Shown here: in pieces, positions 60,401-64,000 of the stretch
Position numbering within the stretch: the first letter of the stretch is position 1
How the letters are laid out: each line of letters starts with the position of its first letter
Origin: Amoebophrya sp. A120
Taxonomy: Eukaryota; Protista; Dinoflagellata
Reading direction: 5' to 3'
DNA length: 64,000 bases
NCBI GenBank assembly: GCA_905178155.1
Contig: CAJINV010000006.1
Location: 1,889,526-1,953,525 of the forward strand
Program-made: the position numbers and the translations under genes
Notes under the pieces: model-generated
The model's database searches: none
Seen by the model: only the letters and a program-made list of their open reading frames with translations
Told to the model about the DNA's origin: nothing

Positions 60401-63400
60401 ATGTTCGTTTTTATCACACGGGTTTCATCGAACCACGCCGAGGCCGCGGACACACTTGATGAGGGCACTGCTTCTGCCGGTCGTCGCGATCGCGTTAAGA
60501 ACCCCACGCGCCCCCGCGGCCCTTGCGGTTCAGTTACAGAAGTCCTGCCAAAAAATCCCAAGCTTCAGGAGTTCGGGCTGGATTGGTTTCACAAGTCTTG
60601 CTATCAAGTGGAAAACTGTCTGGGTCTGGAAAAGTGTAAACCTGTCAGGCAGATTTTCCATGACCCTGACCCATGAGGTCTGGAATGCGGGACTTAGCAT
60701 GACAGACTCTGCGAGGTCTCTGCCATGCCTATCCTAGATGAGAAACTCCCTTCCAACTTGTGCAAAAGTGGACAGCCTTTGGCACTCATGCAACACAGAT
60801 TTTTGCATTCTTCAGATTTACCATGACAAGTTGCCACCTTCCAGACCCAGACATTTTTGTAATTCATACTTGCTACGGCAGTCCGCTTATTCCGGACGAC
60901 AAGAAAACGACCGGATATCAACTGCAAAAGCATCGTACTAGTATAGATTGCATGACAAACAAGGTCCGAGCACGGGGACAGAGTCCCCGTGCGGCGACCT
61001 TCCGGCATTTGTCTGGGACGAGGGGGCTCGGGGGTTGTGGTGGCACTGGGCAGGGAGAAAAGAAGAAGCTGGCGCCGGGCCGGGGGGGCGCCGATAACTC
61101 CGGCGCGGGGTCTGTAGCTGGCCCCTAGGTCATGGCGCGGGGACCGAGTCCGCACGCTGACCTAGGGCCTTTGCCCCTGGGCCGGGCGGTTAGTTCCCGG
61201 GATGCGCCCAGAGCTGGCCCCTAGGTCATGGCGCGGGGACCGAGTCCCCCCGCTGACCTACGGCCTTTGCCCCTGGGCCGTGCGGCTGGTTTCCGGGATG
61301 GAAGCGCCACCAGCTGGCCCCTAGGTCATGGCGCGGGGACCGAGCCCCCGCGCTGCCCCAGAGCTCTTGCCCCTGGGCCGCGCGGTTAGCTTTTTTCCGG
61401 AAAGCGCCGGCACCTGGCCCCTAGGTCATGACGCGGGGACCGGGCCCCCGCGCTGCCCGAGGGCTTTTGCCCCTGGGCCGTGCGGCTAGTTTACGGGAAG
61501 CGCCAACAGCTGGCTCCTAGGTCATGACGCGGGGGCCGAGTCCCCGCGCTACCGGCCCTAGGGCCCTTGCCCCTCGGCCGTGCGGCTAGTGTACGGGAAG
61601 CGCCAACAGCTGGCTCCTAGGTCGTGACGCGGGGACCGAGTCCCCACGTTGCCCTAGGGCTTTTGCCCCGGGGCCGCGCTGTTGGTTTCCGGGAAGCGCC
61701 AAGAGCTGGGTGGCCCCTAGGTCATGGCGCGGGGACCGAGTCCCCGCGCTGCCCTAGGGCTCTTGCCCCTGGGCCGTGCGGTTGGTTTCCGGGAAGCGCC
61801 CAAAGCGGGCCCCTAGGTCATGACGCGGGGGGTGGGCCCCCTAGCTGCAAGCCCTAGGGCTTTTGATTGCCCCTGGGCCGCGCGGTTAGTTTCCGGGAAG
61901 CGCCAACAGCTGGCCCCTAGCTCATGACGCGGGGACCGAGTCCAAAGCGCCAGCACCTGGACCCGGACACCTGATGCCGGGCCGCGTATGCAATGGCGCC
62001 GGTTACGCAACTACTTGCCTGCGTCAGATTTGGATATTTCTTCCGCTCTGGATCTTTCACGCGATTCGGATCGATCCGGAAACGCTCTCCGCTCTGGATA
62101 TTTGTTCTGCCCCCTGCCCTGGGTGTGGTTGCCCGGGGTGTGTCGGGGGTCTTTGCCGTGGGTGTCTGTCGGGGGTGTGTCTGATATGTGTTCGGGGTGT
62201 GCCCTGTAACTTGCGAACCACGATGCTACGCGGCCACTCTACATACCCCAGAACGCAAGCCAAAGCCGCAAAAGTTCCGGCTGGGGTGTGTCGGGGGTGT
62301 GTCTGCGGTGTGTTCGGGGTGTGCCCTGCAAATTACGAATCACGGTGCTACGCGGCCACCTTACATACCCCAGAACACACCCCAAAGCTTCAAAAACTCT
62401 GGTTTTCTGCTGTTTAAATAGTAATTGACTTAGCATTACAAATTGAATTTGTAATGCGGACTGGCCTTGAGAAAAAGACTTGTCATGCATAAATGCAATT
62501 ACTACGAGTACGATACTTTTGCACAGGATACCGGAAAAAGCAGTACAACTTCCGATCCAGCCTTCAACCACCTGAATATCTATGAACTGCAAAAGTATCG
62601 TACACGTACTCGTATAACTGCATTACAAATTATTTCCTCAGCATGAGAAATAAGATTTGCAATGCAGATTTGTCTTGGGAACAAGCTTTGTAATGCAAGA
62701 CTTGCACCATCACCAACATTTAGACGAGTGCGATAGCTTTGCACAGGATAATATCAACGACTCCAGCAAATGGAGCATTGTCTCCACCGAGAGCCCAGAG
62801 TTTGAAAACTTTCTCGGGAAGTGCCGGGAAATCGTTCAAGTAGAAGAAGAACAGGTCGCACAACAATCGCAACAACCTGTCGCGGCAAAAAATAATCTTC
62901 CCGCAAACCAGCAGCAGAAAACCGGCAATGATGGCAAGAATTACGAGTTCTTGCGCACGTTGCGCGACCTCCGGAGCCGCGATGGTGGATTGGGTCCCTA
63001 CGCAGTACGTCGAGGATACCAAGCAAGGACTGCGAGTGCAGGTGACATGAACCCTGAAAATCACAACACCACCGATTTGGCGACGACGCTCGCACAGGAT
63101 GGCGGAAATAACGTAAATACTAAGCCGGGCAAAAAGAACTACAAGATCTCAAAAATGTTCTCGCGGCTCTGGAAAAGTAGTCTATTCGGACGCAGTCGTG
63201 GCGGCAGGGCGGATAAGGATGTGGTCGCAAAGGTGGGCTCTACTACTTCTGCAGCTCTCGCAACAGAAACAAGCTGTGCGCGAGGCACTGTAGACGCTAG
63301 CTGTAGTGAAAACGCGGGGAGGAGAAGGCAAGTATTAGCAGGTCCGTGTCCACCACCTTGGGGCCAGGATGCCACAGCAGCTCGAGGACTTTTCGCTAAA

Positions 63401-64000
63401 GAAGACGATGCCCCGCCCTCTGAATCACTTCCAGGGGGACGTAGAACTTTTACAACCCGACGAGGAGACCAGACAATGGATTGTTCCGATTCTTCATCTT
63501 CCGAAGTGGTTGATGATGATGAATTCGAGATGCTACAAGGAGTGAGCAAGATTATCACCTTCGCGGATTTGATTCTCGTCCGGCCGGCTTCGTACTCTTC
63601 ACAAGTTGTCGGTGGAGCTGGTGGGAAAACAAGCAGTGCTATATCCTGTGCAAAAGTATCGTACTCGTATAAATGCATTACAAATTTCCTCAGCATGAGA
63701 AATAAAATTTGTAATGCAGTTTTACCTTAAGAGCAAGATTTGTAATGCAAGACTTGCATTTATACGAGTACGATACTTTTGCACAGGATATGCTATAGCA
63801 AATGACGACTCGTCGCCCCGGCTTGTTCACCAGTGCCTGCTACGAGCCGTCGCTATAAATGCATTACAAATTTCCTTAGCATGAGAAATAAAATTTGTAA
63901 TGCAGTTTTACCTTAAGAGCAAGATTTGTAATGCAAGATTTGCATTTATACGAGTACGATACTTTTGCACAGGATATGCTATAGCAAATGACGACTCGTC
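60401..64000 (+). CDS. Hypothetical protein, runs off the window end; start uncertain
   Basis: ...LDWFHKSC|YGSPLIPDDKKTTG|KSSTTSDPAFNHLNI|NDSSKWSIV...TSSA|IANDDSSPR stays in frame after element removal. Confidence 0.7.
60602..60868. mobile_element. Introner family A
   Basis: A-type TIR; TSD CTTGC. Confidence 0.9.
60916..62530. mobile_element. Introner family B carrying ~1.46 kb of GC-rich cargo
   Basis: B left end 60916-60959, B right part ~62420-62530; TSD CCGGA; frame restored. Confidence 0.85.
61117..61960. repeat. GC-rich minisatellite, about 9 copies of a ~99-bp unit
   Basis: Unit GCTGGCCCCTAGGTCATGRCGCGGGGACCGAGTCCCCGCGCTGCCCTAGGGCTTTTGCCCCTGGGCCGYGCGG..TTCCGGGAAGCGCC starting near 61117, 61212, 61312, 61414, 61509, 61609, 61711, 61808 and 61909. 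Confidence 0.9.
62581..62750. mobile_element. Introner family B
   Basis: B-type TIR; TSD ATATC. Confidence 0.9.
63642..63790. mobile_element. Introner family B; right end and downstream exon tandemly duplicated at 63854-64000
   Basis: TATCCTGTGCAAAAGTATCGTACTCGTATAAATGCA perfect TIR; TSD TGCTA. Confidence 0.9.

Noticed and set aside
61117-61960. CRISPR-like array
   Set aside because: The whole ~99-bp unit is repeated with no unique spacers, there are no cas genes, and the context is eukaryotic.
19-63730. Many short ORFs with recurring peptides (CKNVWVWK, FQTQTFLHLI, CKSIVLV, MSGSGR) suggesting a repeated protein family
   Set aside because: They are incidental translations of element TIRs in various frames, not genes.
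1-64000. rRNA, tRNA or spliced-leader genes
   Set aside because: None recognised by eye; Infernal and tRNAscan-SE would be needed to exclude them.

Overview
Eukaryotic genomic DNA, most consistent with a syndinian/dinoflagellate such as Amoebophrya. This is inferred from the intron architecture, the unidirectional genes and the low-complexity proteins. All reconstructed genes lie on the + strand: a CK1/TTBK-group protein kinase (~7.7-21.2 kb), a ~5,400-aa low-complexity protein (28.4-49.8 kb) and several unknown proteins. Their exons are interrupted by about 70 short insertions (mostly 135-330 bp) from at least 11 sequence families. Nearly all start TAT and end ATA, have terminal inverted repeats, lack GT-AG ends and are flanked by a 5-bp direct repeat (TSD). 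At essentially every coding site checked, removing the element plus one TSD copy restores the reading frame, so these are MITE-like introners. Introners with inverted and direct repeats are an established Amoebophrya phenomenon. The window also shows finer rules: orientation-independent removal, one internal motif (TGTN[A/T]TGC) shared by otherwise unrelated families, neighbouring elements spaced 44-52 bp apart, mostly synonymous mismatches between TSD copies, tolerance of up to ~1.5 kb of cargo, and two natural empty-site copies showing precise removal. No transposase was recognised. The 2.87-kb exact duplication around the N gap is probably an assembly artefact. All coordinates were read by eye.
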